From Octopus vulgaris (taxonomy: Eukaryota): a DNA stretch of 64,000 nucleotides. The stretch lies in contig OX597823.1 in NCBI GenBank assembly GCA_951406725.2, positions 117,924,001 through 117,988,000 on the forward strand. Reading direction: 5' to 3'. The position numbers and the translations under genes were made by a program. This document shows positions 25,980 through 40,300 of this stretch, one piece after another; position 1 is the first letter of the stretch, and the number at the start of each line of letters is the position of its first letter. The notes beneath the pieces were generated by a model. That model did not search any database. It was not told where the DNA came from and saw nothing but the letters and a program-made list of their open reading frames with translations.

Positions 25980-26350
25980 TATATATATATATATATATAT
26001 TCTAAATATGAGATTACATTATCCAATAGATCCTGTCTTATCTAAGACTGAGGGAAAATTTGGCTGCTTTTTTTAGCTACTCATAATTTATCTTTCAATG
26101 CCTCAAAATAAAGTTTGATAATATTATCATACAACCCCAGATCAGTTGTGGTTGAAAATACACCTGTTGCATTATCTAAATATACAGAATTCTAACAGAT
26201 TTAAAATATGCAAAGGAATGTAGAAAAAATGCAAAACAAACCTATTTTATTTTAACTACTTTTTAATTTAGAAAGAGTTTATTATTTACAATACTTCTTT
26301 TCTCATTTTAATGACATATATTTCTAAAATTAGGATGACATTTGCAGGTA

Positions 26351-26423
26351 ACTGAAATATCTCAGTTGAGAGGGCATTGACCTGAACTTTTAAAGGTTTC
26401 TGGTTCAATCCCGAGTTTTGATA
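26351..26423 (+). pseudogene. tRNA-Phe(GAA) pseudogene
   Basis: The 73 nt are colinear with metazoan tRNA-Phe (GCCGAAATAGCTCAGTTGGGAGAGCG...CTGAA...AAGGTCCCTGGTTCGATCCCGGGTTTCGGCA). The anticodon GAA is kept, but many CpG-type and other substitutions break the stems. Confidence 0.8.
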
Positions 26424-26966
26424 CATTGACAACATTCTGTTTTGTTTTCAAAACTATTACACACCAAAATCTCAATAGCTTGACCCACTTAGGGAGGGTG
26501 ATAGAAAAGAAGGTTTGGGTGACATACATAAACATCAACACATAATCATCATTATAAAAATACATGCAATGATGATTTATGTCAACATAAAGATAGTTTA
26601 CAATTAAATTTTTTGGGCTTAGTATATCAAGTGCACTAGAACCTACTTTACTATGAAGTTTTCATGTTGCATGTATCCCCGGGTATTTTCTTCTGTCATT
26701 CTATACAAGTGGTACCCCATGATAAAGTGTTCTGCAAGTTACTGATAATAAACATTAAATCTAATTGAAAAATTCATTTTCTATATAAAAGACAAGTTTC
26801 ATGATCTTTTCATACTGGCACACATCCTCATTTTTTGCTTATTTGTATGCTTTTTTTTGTTTATTTGTTTGTTTGTTTTTGTTGGGGTTTTTTTTTTTTT
26901 TGCTACTGGAAGAGGAAAGGCAAACTTCAGCAGGATACGAACACAAAATCTATCACAATGTAACTA

Positions 26967-27467
26967 CCATAAATCCTCCAGTATAATCCACATTTTTTTC
27001 CCAAAATTTAAAGGTCAAAATCCCTAGTGTGTACTATATATAAGGTTAAAATGAAAAATATTTTTTAAATATCCGAGTCTCTATTTGCTGTCCGGCAATG
27101 TTTATTCAGACGCATTTTGTGATGTCAGGTGCAAAAATACCTTAAGCTATGCCTGAAAGCAATGAAGTCATAAAAGAATCATCCATAACTTGCAGTAAGC
27201 AACATTTATTAAAATAAAAGTATCCAGAACACAGAATAACATGTAACAAAAACAATTTGCAAACATATTTACATTCCCATATAACAGTTAAGAACATCAC
27301 CATTATTGTATTACGCATGCACGGAAGTGTTTGTTCAACTAGGTGCTGCTGGCTTAATTACGCACGACTCAAGTTAGAGAAGGGGTGCGTATTATACACA
27401 AGGTTTAGGTTTTTCAGAAGTGCAGCTCCCTAAAAATCCCCTGCGTATTATACTCAAGGATTTACGG
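26967..27467. mobile_element. pogo/Tigger-like MITE
   Basis: TA|CCATAAATCCTCCAGTATAAT...ATTATACTCAAGGATTTACGG|TA. Confidence 0.8.
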
Positions 27468-27841
27468 TATCTACTGCAAGACATCTACCAGCTCTACAGT
27501 TTTTAATGTTCCTTCTTCACCAGCTTTCAATGACTTCTTTTGATAGAACAAGTACTGTATTTTCCAGCAAACAAGTTTGATGTAGTATAGACTATAAACA
27601 TGTAGTATGGACATTCAAAAATCATTACCATCTTTCCAAAACTTTTACATGGAATTTTTGGTCTTCCCAAGTCATTTTGGTGTATAAGCTGACCTACTGT
27701 TTTGGGCTATAAATTTTAGTTTAAAAAGTTTGACTTGTGAGTCAGAAAATACAATATGTGCATAATTTGTTTAACTAAAAAAAATTACACAGCAATGTAA
27801 TGTTACAAGACTCTTAAACAAAATTCTTGTACAGTCTAGAG

Positions 27842-28474
27842 CAGGGGTTCTCAACCATTTTTTATCTATGGACCCCTTGGATTACTATTTTATTCTTGTG
27901 GACCCTCCATAGCTATTCAATGTTTAAAAACTAGTTTTATAGATACTTCTTTCAAAATTACAGAGATGTACCTGCATAGCAAGTGACCTGATCTGAGATT
28001 GTGTGCTGGAACGAAAACAATTGCAGCGTAGAAGATATTTATAAGCCATTTAAGAAACACACAATATTTAATTTGTCAAAATATTTTCGTCGCTTTGAGA
28101 CCGCGACCCGTTCACTGACAAAATTCAATGCTGCACAGAATTTGTGAGTGAACAGGTCACAGTCTCAAAGCAATGAAAATATTTTGACAAATTAAATTTA
28201 AGTGTTGAAGTGAATTTTGTGTGTTTCTTAAATGGCTTATAAACACCTTCCACGCTGCAATTGTTGTCTTTCAAAATTCCTATTTTATCATTCACACATT
28301 AACTTGTGTAGGTTGAACTATGTAAAATGTTATACCAACAAATACATCTAAAGTAAACTTTTTTAGGAGCCCTTAAAATATTGTGGATTTCCAATTTACT
28401 ATTTTGTTGTGTGGACCCCCAAAAATGTTATATGGACCCTCAGGGGCCATATGGACCCCAGTTGAGAACCACTT
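27842..28474. mobile_element. hAT(Charlie)-like MITE interrupted by a fold-back element
   Basis: CAGGGGTTCTCAAC...GTTGAGAACCACT, with 8-bp TSD GTCTAGAG / GTCTGGAG. Confidence 0.8.
27960..28266. mobile_element. Fold-back Penelope-like insertion with 12-bp TSD and two hammerhead-like motifs
   Basis: TSD TCTTTCAAAATT lies at 27948-59 and 28267-78. Inverted arms span ~28017-28126 and 28138-28265, with motifs at 28072-28122 (-) and 28141-28191 (+). Confidence 0.78.
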
Positions 28475-29022
28475 GTCTGGAGAATGATTTACATGAGCAA
28501 TTTTCAAAGACTTACAGCCTGACAGTCAATTAGTTACCCCACATCTTGTTATAGCAACTTAGCACAGAAGGTACCACAGATGCTACCATATTACAAATCC
28601 CTCACCAGAGCAATGTCAGGCCCTTTCACATTAAAAAAATTGTTAAAACTCTTAAACAAATCCCAACATTTTACTTGGCAAAAAAAAAAATCTTTATGCA
28701 ACAAAATTTTCAAGTGACATCATCAATGAAATACATGCACACACACAGACATACACACATTTTGCGACTGTGTTCTGATTCACAGAATGACCTGTTAAAA
28801 TTCTGGAAGTTGGAAAAAGCAAAGACACAGAAACAACTTACTAAAACAGAAGTGGATTGAGTCTGATCCTACATATATTTTTAGAATTAATGGAAACCTG
28901 TTTACAATTTTCTTTTTTGTTTTTTATATTTTTTTCTACATTTTGTTTTTGCTGAAGAGTTGGTGGGGAGGAGCTTTATATCTCGATATCATCTTTTGTT
29001 TCTCTTTCCCATTCACTAGTCT

Positions 29023-29053
<31 letters not shown>

Positions 29054-30784
29054 TATATACCTTTCTATCCCCCATATTTCTCTTTCCTTATTCTTTCTTT
29101 CTTTCTTCCTGCTCTGACACGTTTTCTTTCTTTTTTTCTTCTTACTCTGCCTCCCTCTATTAAGTTATTCATTTGCACACGAAGAATATACAACACACAG
29201 TTGTAGAGAAATAGGTAAACAATATGGGAAAATATGTTAATAGTTTAAAGATGAAGGAAAATGATAAAGAAAGGGAAAGAAATAAAGGGAGGGAGAAAGA
29301 CTGAATAACCAAGGGTATTTTGTTACATCTACATTCTAATTTCAAATTCTGCTGAGGTCAACTTTACCGTTCCTCCCACCAGAATCAATAAAATAGGAAC
29401 CAACCATGTAACAGGATCAATTCAAACCCCAATGCCTCTCCTCAACAAAAATATCAACCTTGTGTCAATCTTAGAAATTATGTGAAACAAGGTTATAAAT
29501 TCAGGTCCTACTACTGACATGGTATTGTGCTTATAAATAAAGCCTTAGTTTGTCTGACTACAAAACAAAAGTTCACCTAATTCATAGTTATTGTTATTTA
29601 GTGCAAAATCAATTCTGCTTCAACAAACATCTTATCAAAATTGTTCCCATAATTATCTTCCATTTTTTGCCCTTTTTTACCTTTTCTAATATGTCAGCAG
29701 CTACATTGCTCAATTTATCCTATCATATTTTAGATGGTAGTATAGTGGCTCCCAACCTTTTCACTACCAAGGACACCTTTATTTCAAATGAATTTTCCCA
29801 CGGACCCCAGGATATTGAAAGGTCTGTCAGCTTAAGATATTTGTGGATCCCCAGGGAACTACTGTGGTAGTATGTGATTCAATGAAAATTTGGCTGTTAT
29901 TTCTACCAAGTTGAGTAACCAAGTAGAGATCCCCTCACTAGCTCATCTCCACAGTTAACTGGTTATAGGAAGGAAAAGTAACCACTAGTAAAAACAATGG
30001 TGTCATAACGAAAATCTTACCCACCCAATGTAAACATTGGAAAATGGGTGTAATTAAAAAGATTTTCAAATAAACATGATTAAGTTTAAGAAATGAGTAT
30101 ATCCAACAGCTGACATCAAATCAAGATGAAAAGACATAATTTTATTATAGTTGTCCAACCCATGCTAGCATGGAAAACGGACGCTAAACGATGATGATGA
30201 TGATTTTGGAGTTCTGTAACCATGTTACAGAAGCTTGACAAAACATTGGTACTTCATAAGACAGTATCATGAAGAAATTAACAGGAAATGAAGCTAACAG
30301 TTTTCTCAGTCTTATTAAATAGATAAAATGACTTTCACAATATAACTGGTGCCTATGAAAAAAAAGTATGAACTCCATAAATAGCTATTTTCTCTCCTCT
30401 AAATCTCTTGGGCTTTATAATTATACTAGAGTGTTATCTGTTTTATGACAGGCAACTTGGGAAATATAGTTTTGCCACCATGAGTTATATCAGGGAACGT
30501 GGTATAGATACAATAATTGTAATTTAACTGTTATCAAATTTTTTGGTGCTCAAACAAAATTATGAAATGAATACTAATTTTCAAATGTAAGTATTTCTTA
30601 ACTTAAAATAAAACAAATTTCTCATTTGTAATACTCCTTTCATGATTTCATCATCATTTACTCTTCCTCTTCTGTCTTTATGATTCTTTTCCATTGTGTA
30701 TGTGCATGTGTTAGTCTGTGTAGCATTCTTTTACTCATTGCCTGCCATTAAGCCTAGTATGTGCACTCATCCTTCCACCTCTTA

Positions 30785-31003
30785 TACTCTTTCTCTCTTT
30801 TACCATTTGACTTGTTTCAGTCATTTGACTGCAGCCATGCTGGAGCACTGCCTTTAGTCGAGCAAATCGACCCCAGGACTTATTCTTTGTAAGCCTAGTA
30901 CTTATTCTATCGATCTCTTTTGCCGAGCAAGTTACGGGGACATAAACACACCACCATCAGTTGTCAAGCAATGTTGGTGGGACAAGTACAGACACAAACA
31001 TAT

Positions 31004-31052
<49 letters not shown>

Positions 31053-31195
31053 TATGACGGGCTTCTTTCAGTTTCTGGCTACCAAATCCACTCACAAGGC
31101 TTTGGTCGACACGAGGCTATAGTAGCAGACACTTGCCCAAAGTGCCACACAGTGGGACTGAACTCAGATCCATGTGGTTGGTAAGCAAGCTACTT
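30785..31195 (-). mobile_element. Abundant tRNA-derived SINE with internal (TA/CA)n, head truncated
   Basis: Same family as 43518 and 60655. A second 3' fragment lies at ~31215-31300. Confidence 0.82.
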
Positions 31196-31300
31196 TTTTC
31201 TCTCTCTCCTTATAATCTCTTTCTCTTTTACTTGTTTCAGTCATTTGACTGCAGCCATGCTGGAGAACCACCTTTAATCGAGCATCTCGACCCCGGGACT

Positions 31301-32372
31301 GATAATAATAATGAAATAATAATAATAATAATAATGAAATTATTGCATACAGTGCTCAGGTGCACCACAACTTGTCAAAAAGTGCGTATAAAGTATATGC
31401 AGTAATGTACAAATGCCTGGAAAGCGAACAATGCATGAGTCAGATACATGCTTGCGTGTGTATGGAGGGGAGAAAATCAGGTGTAGTGTTGGCGAATCTC
31501 AGGAAGCATGGAAGTTTTGAAGGATGCAGTGCTCCAACAACTAACAACTGATGCTGGCAGTTTGTTCCATGCTTCAGCAACTCTCAGCATGAAAAAATGT
31601 TTCCAAAAGTCATGGGAGCTGTGCTGTTTTCTGACTTTGTAAATATGTCCACAGGTGTTAGATGGGTGGAGTTTGAAAAGGTGCTCAGAGTTATTGTTTG
31701 TAAGATGGTTAATAATTTTATGGGTGTCTGCCAAGTCAGCTGCCAGACGTCAGAGTTTCAATGTGTCCATGCCCAGGGAAGTAAGGCATTCAGAATATGG
31801 CAAATGCCTGATGGAGGGTATTCTTTTGGTTGCACATCGCTGAACGGCTTCCAGACGATTGATATCCTGGGCAAGATAGGGGTTCCAGACCAGTGATGCA
31901 AATTCCAGGCGAGGTCTTACCATAGCTATATAAAGCCGCAGATAGATAGCTGGAGAGCGGCTCACAAAGGACTTGGTGAGTGATGCCAAGACACCTTCAG
32001 CCTTCTTGGCAATTTTAGTGATGTGTTTTGTCCAACGCAAATCACTGTCAACAATAACACCCAGGTTACGTTCACACGAAGACTTTTTGAGAATAGTGTT
32101 GTGGAGGGAGTAAGTAGACGCTGGGTTTTTCCTCCCAAAATGCATGGTGGTACATTTGTCCACAGCCAGCTTGAGTTGCCAGTCCATGATCCACTGCTGC
32201 ATTGTGTCCAGGTCTGCTTGCAATAGAGATCTATAGTGTACAGGATCTGACCTCTTTATTTCGAGGTACAGCTTGATGTCATCTGCATATTTCAGCACTG
32301 TGGCATTCTTTAAGTTGGCATCTATGTCATTAACATATGCAACAAATAAAAGGGGGCCAAGAACAGATCCTT
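31301..32372 (-). mobile_element. 5'-truncated CR1-group LINE (RT C-terminal half, 3' UTR, (ATT)n tail)
   Basis: GSVLGPLLFVAYVNDI, LKYADDIKL, LGVIVDSDL, VRPRLEFASLVWNP, LEAVQRCATK and FFMLRVAEAWNKLP, with an in-frame stop near 31750. Confidence 0.92.
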
Positions 32373-34313
32373 CTTTCTGTATGATGTACAGCATGGCTGG
32401 AGAACCAACCAAACTGTATTTATATTTGTTATTTTAATATATAAAGAAATTATTGCTACAAATATTGTCATTTGATTCCCAATAAGAAAAAACTGTGCTG
32501 AAACCTAAGAAATGCTATGAGAAATGTACAAACACTTTAACCTAAATTCTGAGATATCCAACCTTAGCTTGTAGTTCTTCAATTCTGGGCACAGCCATGC
32601 CAGAGGATACTTTTCTACATCACACAGCTAGCAAGCTCTCTCCCAATTTTCAGCAAAGTTATCTGAGTGTTTCATAAAAATTTTCCCACAAGCTTGGGAG
32701 AATCTTCCTCCACTACTACTCACCCAAATGTTCCTACAAGTAACAGCCCCATTGCAAAATCTATATATATATTGCTCACTCTAACTCCACACTCAACAAA
32801 ACTTTGAAGCCCCTTTCCAATACATCACCTCTGATCACTCCTACCTAACAAAGAAACCCATCCTAACAGTGTTGCATCCACTACACTAGGTGTTCGAGAG
32901 TTGGTTTCTATCTTCACAAAACTTTCCTGTCTTTCTCTCTCTGCAGGAATTTTTCTTAATCTATAGAAATGCATTAATTTCCAATTCTAAGAAAAATACA
33001 GTCTCAAGGATGGTAGAAGCAGTTGTAAACAATCACCCTTCATAATTGTGAATCTTTCTCTTGCTCTCTCTACCCGTACATCTTTCACAGAGCCAGATTT
33101 ACTGGAAACTCTTTCTCCACTTATTGGCTTCATCCTGTCATCAGGAGTTGCTAATCAGACAGCACCATTGCAGCATGAGCTGACAGGGTTCTCTCCAATC
33201 CACACTATTGGCTATGGAGTAGATCAAAGTTCAGTTAAGTTCCCCAAAATCTTTCTAAATATCAGTGACCTAGTTGTTATCATGTCTAGCAGTACACATT
33301 CCAATGCATACGAAACCATTTTTCACTTTTCAAACACCTTCTGCATAGAGGCATCATCCACCCACATCAACATACCAAACTTCTAGTAATTTTGTAAAAA
33401 GACACTTTGGAAACCTTCTTAAGTGAGAACATAATAACCGTGTTTCAACAGAACCAAGAGAATAACTACACATTCCATCGAAACAGTCTTTTACCATTCC
33501 TCTGCACAAGAACAAATAAAACACAAGATATACCTCTCGATGTAATCATTTCTCATGGCACCTTATATCTAATATTGATAAAATGTATCCCAAACACTAG
33601 ACTTTCTCTTTAGGCCCAGAAACAAGTTCACTCTTCATTAGTTGCCAACTGTATAAGATTCATAGAAGACTACTGCTCATGTACCTGGTATTTTACTGCT
33701 GTTGCATGCACAAATATTCTACTTCTAAATGTAGTTCATTCAACCAATGGACAAATACTGACCACAATGCTACAACCGCTGGTTCAAAGACATGGTTTCT
33801 TCGTTTTCTTCTGTTGTTAGTACTACAGCCTCTGCTTGTCTGAACAAGCTAGCTCAATGTTACTTCTCTGATTGCACACTAAACTTTATTCATTCCTTCT
33901 TCACCAAGATAGCAACCCTCTACAACCCAGCATTTTTCTTGCAGATGTTGAACTACAGAACATCTAACTGGATATACTGTCAATCTCAGCAGATTGAGAA
34001 GGCCCTCAAACGACATAGCCACAACTCATCCCACTCCTTCTGACTAACATGAAAGAAACCAAACATCTTTCACTTCACAACTAATATAAATAGGTGGTGT
34101 AAATTATCAAATCTTTTCTCTACAGTGAGTCCAACTACAAAAACAATTATGTTATGGTGCAGTGATAGCCATCTATAACTGGTTTCAGTAGCAGGAAAGG
34201 ATTACTGTATGAAGGTTCTTTAAAGGAAAGATATGAATGTCATAATCTCCCATTTCCATCCCAAGTTCTTATAGTAATGAAATTTCACTAACAGTGTGTG
34301 TGTGTGTGTGTGA

Positions 34314-34353
<40 letters not shown>

Positions 34354-34847
34354 ATAATTAATGTGAATGATCACCACCACTGTTAAGTGGTTAGCCATGT
34401 GTCTATGATATTATCAATATGCAAACTTTACAATCACTGTGTGAGTGTGTGATGATTGTGATCAATAATGTATGCACATAGCCATCACTGTGAGTGAGTC
34501 TGTGGTTTATGATCATTACAATCAATAGAGAATGCTTATAACCATCGTCATCATCATCACTGTATGTGGATGTCAGGATAAATACTGTTAACAAATGTCA
34601 AGTACAGAGACATAATTTAGAAAAATACCATAATACTTACTACAAATATTCAAGATTGATTTGTGTGTCTCACAATAGAGAATGAATTAATTGAGAAGTT
34701 GAAAGGAAGACTATTTCAGTTGCATGAGCAACATGTAATTTATCAGTGTCAGTATGTTTATGTACCATTATCAGATGTGTACACAATTTATACCTGAATG
34801 CATAAGGAGTTATGAGTATACATACATCTATACATAAACATATATAA

Positions 34848-35190
34848 AGGATAAAGACCCCGTTTGGCCATGAATGACAATGGGATTACACCTAGAAAAT
34901 TCCCCTCAGAGGCACAAGTCCAGGCAAGGTTGTTTGTGGAAGACCAGCAGTTGCCCATGCATACAAGTCCCCCCACTCCATGCCATTGATGCTATCCAAG
35001 GGACAGGCAAAGGCCAATACAGCTTGGCACCAGTGGTGTTGCAACTCATTTCTACAGCTGAGTGAACTGAAGCAACATGAAATAAAGTGTCTTGCTCAAG
35101 AACACAACACACAGCCTGGTCCAGGACATCGAACTCACAATCTCACAACTGGAAGCCCAGCACTCTAACCACTGAGTCATATGCCTTCAC
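34848..35190 (-). mobile_element. tRNA-derived SINE
   Basis: Colinear with 25636-25979. Confidence 0.8.
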
Positions 35191-35248
35191 ATAAACATAT
35201 AGACAGCTATACATAAGCATACATGTACACATAGTTACATACATATAT

Positions 35249-35447
35249 CATCATCATCATCATCGTTTAATGTCTGCTTTCCATGCTAGCATGGGTTGGA
35301 CGATTTTTGACTGAGGGCTGGCAAACCAGATAGCTGCACCAGGCTCCAATCTTGATCTGGCAGAGTTTCTACAGCTGGATGCTCTTCCTAACGCCAACCA
35401 CTCCAAGAGTGCAGTGGGTGCTTTTTACGTGCCACCGGCACGTAAAA
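35249..35447 (-). mobile_element. (GAT)n-tailed retroposon
   Basis: Reverse complement of the 1815-2033 family, abutting (TA)n. Confidence 0.78.
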
Positions 35448-35458
35448 GATATACATAC

Positions 35459-35508
<50 letters not shown>

Positions 35509-36214
35509 TGATGTACATGATTGTTGCAATTAGTATGCATGTATATGGAAGGGACACACACAAACAACAACAATGTGAAAATATGATTTACAATCATTAA
35601 TAGTAAGTACACATAGCTTATAATAAAAATCATCACTCCTGTGCATGCTCACATGTGCGTGCACACACATACACACGCATTCAGACCTAAAGCTGCACCA
35701 AGCCAGTCCATTCTGGAATACATTTTCCTTACACATACTTCAAACGTATTAAGAAAATCAGGTTCTCAACTAGCACAGAAAATGCAACAACATTATTGGT
35801 CAAGTGTGGAAGATTACTGAATATTATGATATGATTAGATGTTGTTACCAGCAATGGTTTGGCAGTAACTGACTGACATGAAGTTACTCACCAACACACT
35901 CCTCCTACCTCAGGCCCACAGATACGTCTCCTCTCTCTTTTCTATTACTGCAATGGGCTGCTGATCCTCAGCACTAACTAAACACCACCATTTGCCTTTT
36001 GTTGAGCATCAATAACAAAAGACTGCATAAGAATGTTATAATACTTATCAACCAGGCATTACATACACCTTTTCAATAAATTGAGTTAAAATACTCTAAC
36101 AAGAGGCTAACTTATTGGTATGTTCTTCAGACTCCCAAATGTGCTGAGTTAGTGAAGTATTTTTCATGCATTTTGAAAGGATGAATAAATTATGTATACT
36201 TGCTAAGACATCTA

Positions 36215-36431
36215 TGAGGGGGTGCTGAAAAGTTCTTGACTTTAAGGGTATCGCAAAAGGCCTAGTTGGAGGCCCTACTGTCCAAGTACATTTATAGAGC
36301 TTAGAAAAACTTAAGGACTACAATAAGTGTGTGAATCTGAGAGGAGGGGAACATGTTGAATAAAATCATAATTAACTGATCCTCCTGTATTTTCTTTTAC
36401 CCAAAGCGAGGAACTTTTCAGCACCCCTTCG
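36215..36431. mobile_element. mariner-derived MITE
   Basis: TA|TGAGGGGGTGCTGAAAAGTTC...GAACTTTTCAGCACCCCTTCG|TA. Confidence 0.82.
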
Positions 36432-37281
36432 TAGATCACATCTAAAAGGAAACAATTTTAGCTGACTATCAGAGATCCAATCACTAACATACTACAACCT
36501 TTAGTTCAGACTTTTCTCTGCTTCTTTTCCTTCAATTACAATGACACGTGCTCCTCTGAATTGGCTAGCTGCATGACACTTGCATCAAATGAGCCTTCTG
36601 CTAGTTATTCTACTTGGTTTAATCCCCCAAACTCACACTAAATATTTCTTTTCCTCACTACTCCTCCATAACCATAACTACATCGCTAAGAAACTTAACT
36701 CACCACCTAAAGGTGTCTTCAGGCTCCAAATTTCAAACATTCAATCTAGACAGCAACTAATCTGACCTCAACACTCCAGAAGGGCCTGTAACAGTCATAG
36801 ATTATGCATTATGCACCTCTCTTGACTAAATTGGTCTCTGTGTGTGTACATGCATGTATTATACCATCATAAACATCATATAGTAATCATATAGTAAACA
36901 CCATCCCACATCATCAGTAAACATACAGTTCGTATAACTAGTAATAAGTATGTATACAAAGCAAGGGGACGGGGCCTCTACATAGTCACTCAACCTACTA
37001 GAAATAACAATAGCCCTCAAATTATATCTTACTGTCAGATAATATCAGGATATGGTTATGCTTGGAATGCCTTTGATCAGACCTGTTCGTTCAGGATTGA
37101 TCTGAAGCTAAGCAGCAACAAATGACAAGTACATTTCTATGCTACAGTGCAGTAGAGTGGAAATAGATATTATTATATACATTATGATATTAAGTGCCAT
37201 TCAAAAACAGTATCAAATGAGTTTGTGAATATATAGCCAATATCTCAATCATCAACTATGTATGTTTGTCTGACTGTCTGT

Positions 37282-37315
<34 letters not shown>

Positions 37316-40300
37316 CAGAGAGTGAATAGTTAGCATTGACTTTGTAACACTGTGTGCATTATACAACAACAGAGATTTGATATCCATCAGCAAAAGTATA
37401 TACAGCCACAGATTATATATACATTAAAGTCCACAGTTACAACCAGATGACCATTTACCCATACAGAGATGTATTAATAGACCAAGACATTATTGTCATC
37501 TAAATACAGTTAGTGTAATTATGTATAAGGTAAAAAATGTTAACTTTGTTGCAGAAGAGAAATGTATGTTTTAAGAATAGGTCTCATAGAAATGGCCTCA
37601 TGACACTGGGAATGTTAGTTCTCAATGGCTGTCTGCAATACTCATTTAAAAAAAATCCATTCCCCTCTTTCTAGGCCTCCTTCGTAGTTCCTTCCACCCG
37701 ACCATTCATCCAGCTGGTAGCAATGTTACTGCTACACAAGAAGATATATGTTTTAGGAATAGTCTCTTACTTGAGTCACATGGGAAACAGATTTCAGCAG
37801 CAACATAGTCTATCATTTTTGCAATAAGATTCTATATTCTTTTAATGAGAGGATAAATTATGTAAAGATGGATGGTGATGATATGTTGATGTGTCACATG
37901 CAACACACAGTAAAAGAAAATACATCCAATATTTTTTAGTACAGTAACAAAATAACACAGGAGATACATCAACACAGAACTTCCTCGTTACCAGCCAAAC
38001 AGGAAAACACAGTGAAATAATTGCAACACTGACAGTTATTGTGCTGAGTTATTAATCCTAAACATTCAGAGTAATCATGCTTTGATCACATCCACTTTAC
38101 TCTTTCTTACAGCTATGACTACCAAAATTTATAAACATTCAAAGACAATATGCTATACATAATGTACCTAAATTAACAAACAACATTCACCAACACAGTA
38201 ATCCAGACACAAATGATCAATTTACATGACACTACAACAAACACCTCAAGATAAAGTGCACATGAACCAGTATAAAGTACTTATGGATTTCCCACAACCC
38301 AAATATTTAGCACTGTGCCACAGTTCTGCTTAGAATCAGCTGGCTTATTCACAGTAAAAAAACTAGTGGACTACGTATATAATTTTTATACTGCATTACC
38401 AGATACATACACACACTTAGTGAGTTAGTGAGCATAACCACATGTGAGAACACCCCCATTAAACCCTACACAGTTTAACCAGTTATCAGTTGGATGAAAT
38501 CTGAGCTAATAGAGTAGCTGTTAGTGCTGACTTTTGCCACTATCTTTGATTATACCAAGCAACAAAACATTTACTTTGTTCCTGAGTACTAAGCGTTATT
38601 CTCTTATTGCATATGAATAAATTGGTTATTATTCTCTTCAAACTTTTCTTTTGTAACTTGTGACCTCAGAAATGACATTTTGAAAACATTTCAGATAGAT
38701 TCAGTACTGAGTAGCTGACAGAGAATTTTCGGCAACTTTCTAGAATTTCTAGATTTTTCAACTTTCCAATAATAAATAGTAATATAAATACAGTGACCAC
38801 CAATAGGACTCACCAGTTTAGTTTAGGTCCCAATGCCTAAATGAATAAGCTTATCTGCATGTACCAGCAATGGCGTCAAGAGACTGCAAGTATCAGGCAG
38901 ACACATTGTGCTGTGTCTGTGACCAATTTATCAAAACATAAACACAAAAGTACTCTCTGACCACATCCACTAAAATGGGAGAGACTTCAAGGCTGTCAGG
39001 ATCAAGACAAAACAAACACCTCACCTCATTTTACCAGCAAACATTTCAAAATTTAAAAAAAAGCTCTGCAAGGTAAAATGGACAATTTTTGCTTGCTTGA
39101 ATAGTGTAAATTTTATATTGCAAAAGAAAATATTTTGAATATTTAGAAATTTTTTGGGGGTTTCCAGTGTTACAGAAAAGATATATCAAACATGAAATGT
39201 TGCAGGAACCACCAACTCATTACTCAAAGGAAAAATAAATTTATTTCTTCTTAATAATTTTATTTTGCTCTTTTGCAGAATAATGCAGAAAAAAAAAGAG
39301 AACCATGAAGTTTGCTGTCTCTTGATTTGAGCAAGAATTCACTGATCACTCAAGCAATTTCTATTTCTGCATGACTTGACTCTCCCAAATGTTTGGCTAA
39401 CAAGAACGCATGTGCTACCATATATCTGGACTTTCCATAACCCATCATCCCAGGGCTACATTACTCTAAGCTCACAATACTCATTCTACCAAAAAGAACA
39501 CAGCTGTCTTCAATAGAGAGAAACAAGTCAGAACAGGAAGGTGCTATAAATATAAATGACAATTCCAGAAATGTAACTAAGGAACAAAGCCATTCTGCCC
39601 CCAACCAAAATGACTGCAGAAACTTGATCTCATAAATCCAATGCCAAAATTTTGACGTCTTGGCTCAAATATTGGAACTGATTAGATGAAAATCTGCAAG
39701 CCACAGGTCAGAGGAAACATCACCTGAGTTATTCAAGGATCTTCATTTATCAAGATGAGCGCTACTGCCAAAATATAGTTTGAGGCAATCAGGATCACTT
39801 GTAACCAAAGTCACACCTCTTTAGAAGCTTCAAAGCCATAGTGGGAAAAGAAGCATGTCTTTTCTCTGAGGACATTTAGTGCATGTCAGAGAAAAATACA
39901 GGAGTGTTGAGCCTTTGCTAAATACCTTGAAGTATGAGGAATATGGCTGGTGAATTATCAGATTTCAGAATAGGGACATTCCTGATGGTTCTTCAAGGCA
40001 ACTTTATTGAATTTTCTTGCAATCTTTGCCTTTAGGACGGGACTCGGTGTCACACTGTCAAAAATGTCAATGACTATAACAGACCAAGTTTTTTGTGGAG
40101 GGAAACAATACCAAATGTTAGTGAACCCTTGGAGGATGTTACTTCAAATATTAAGCATAAAATAGGGATTTATGAAACAATTTGTCATGGCTCTTGTCTT
40201 GATAAACAGTCACCAATCTTTAAGTACCTTCACAATTTCTTCTCTGTCTGTAGCAAAGATCAAACTTTTATATAACTAAAGTATAAACACATTTTATATG

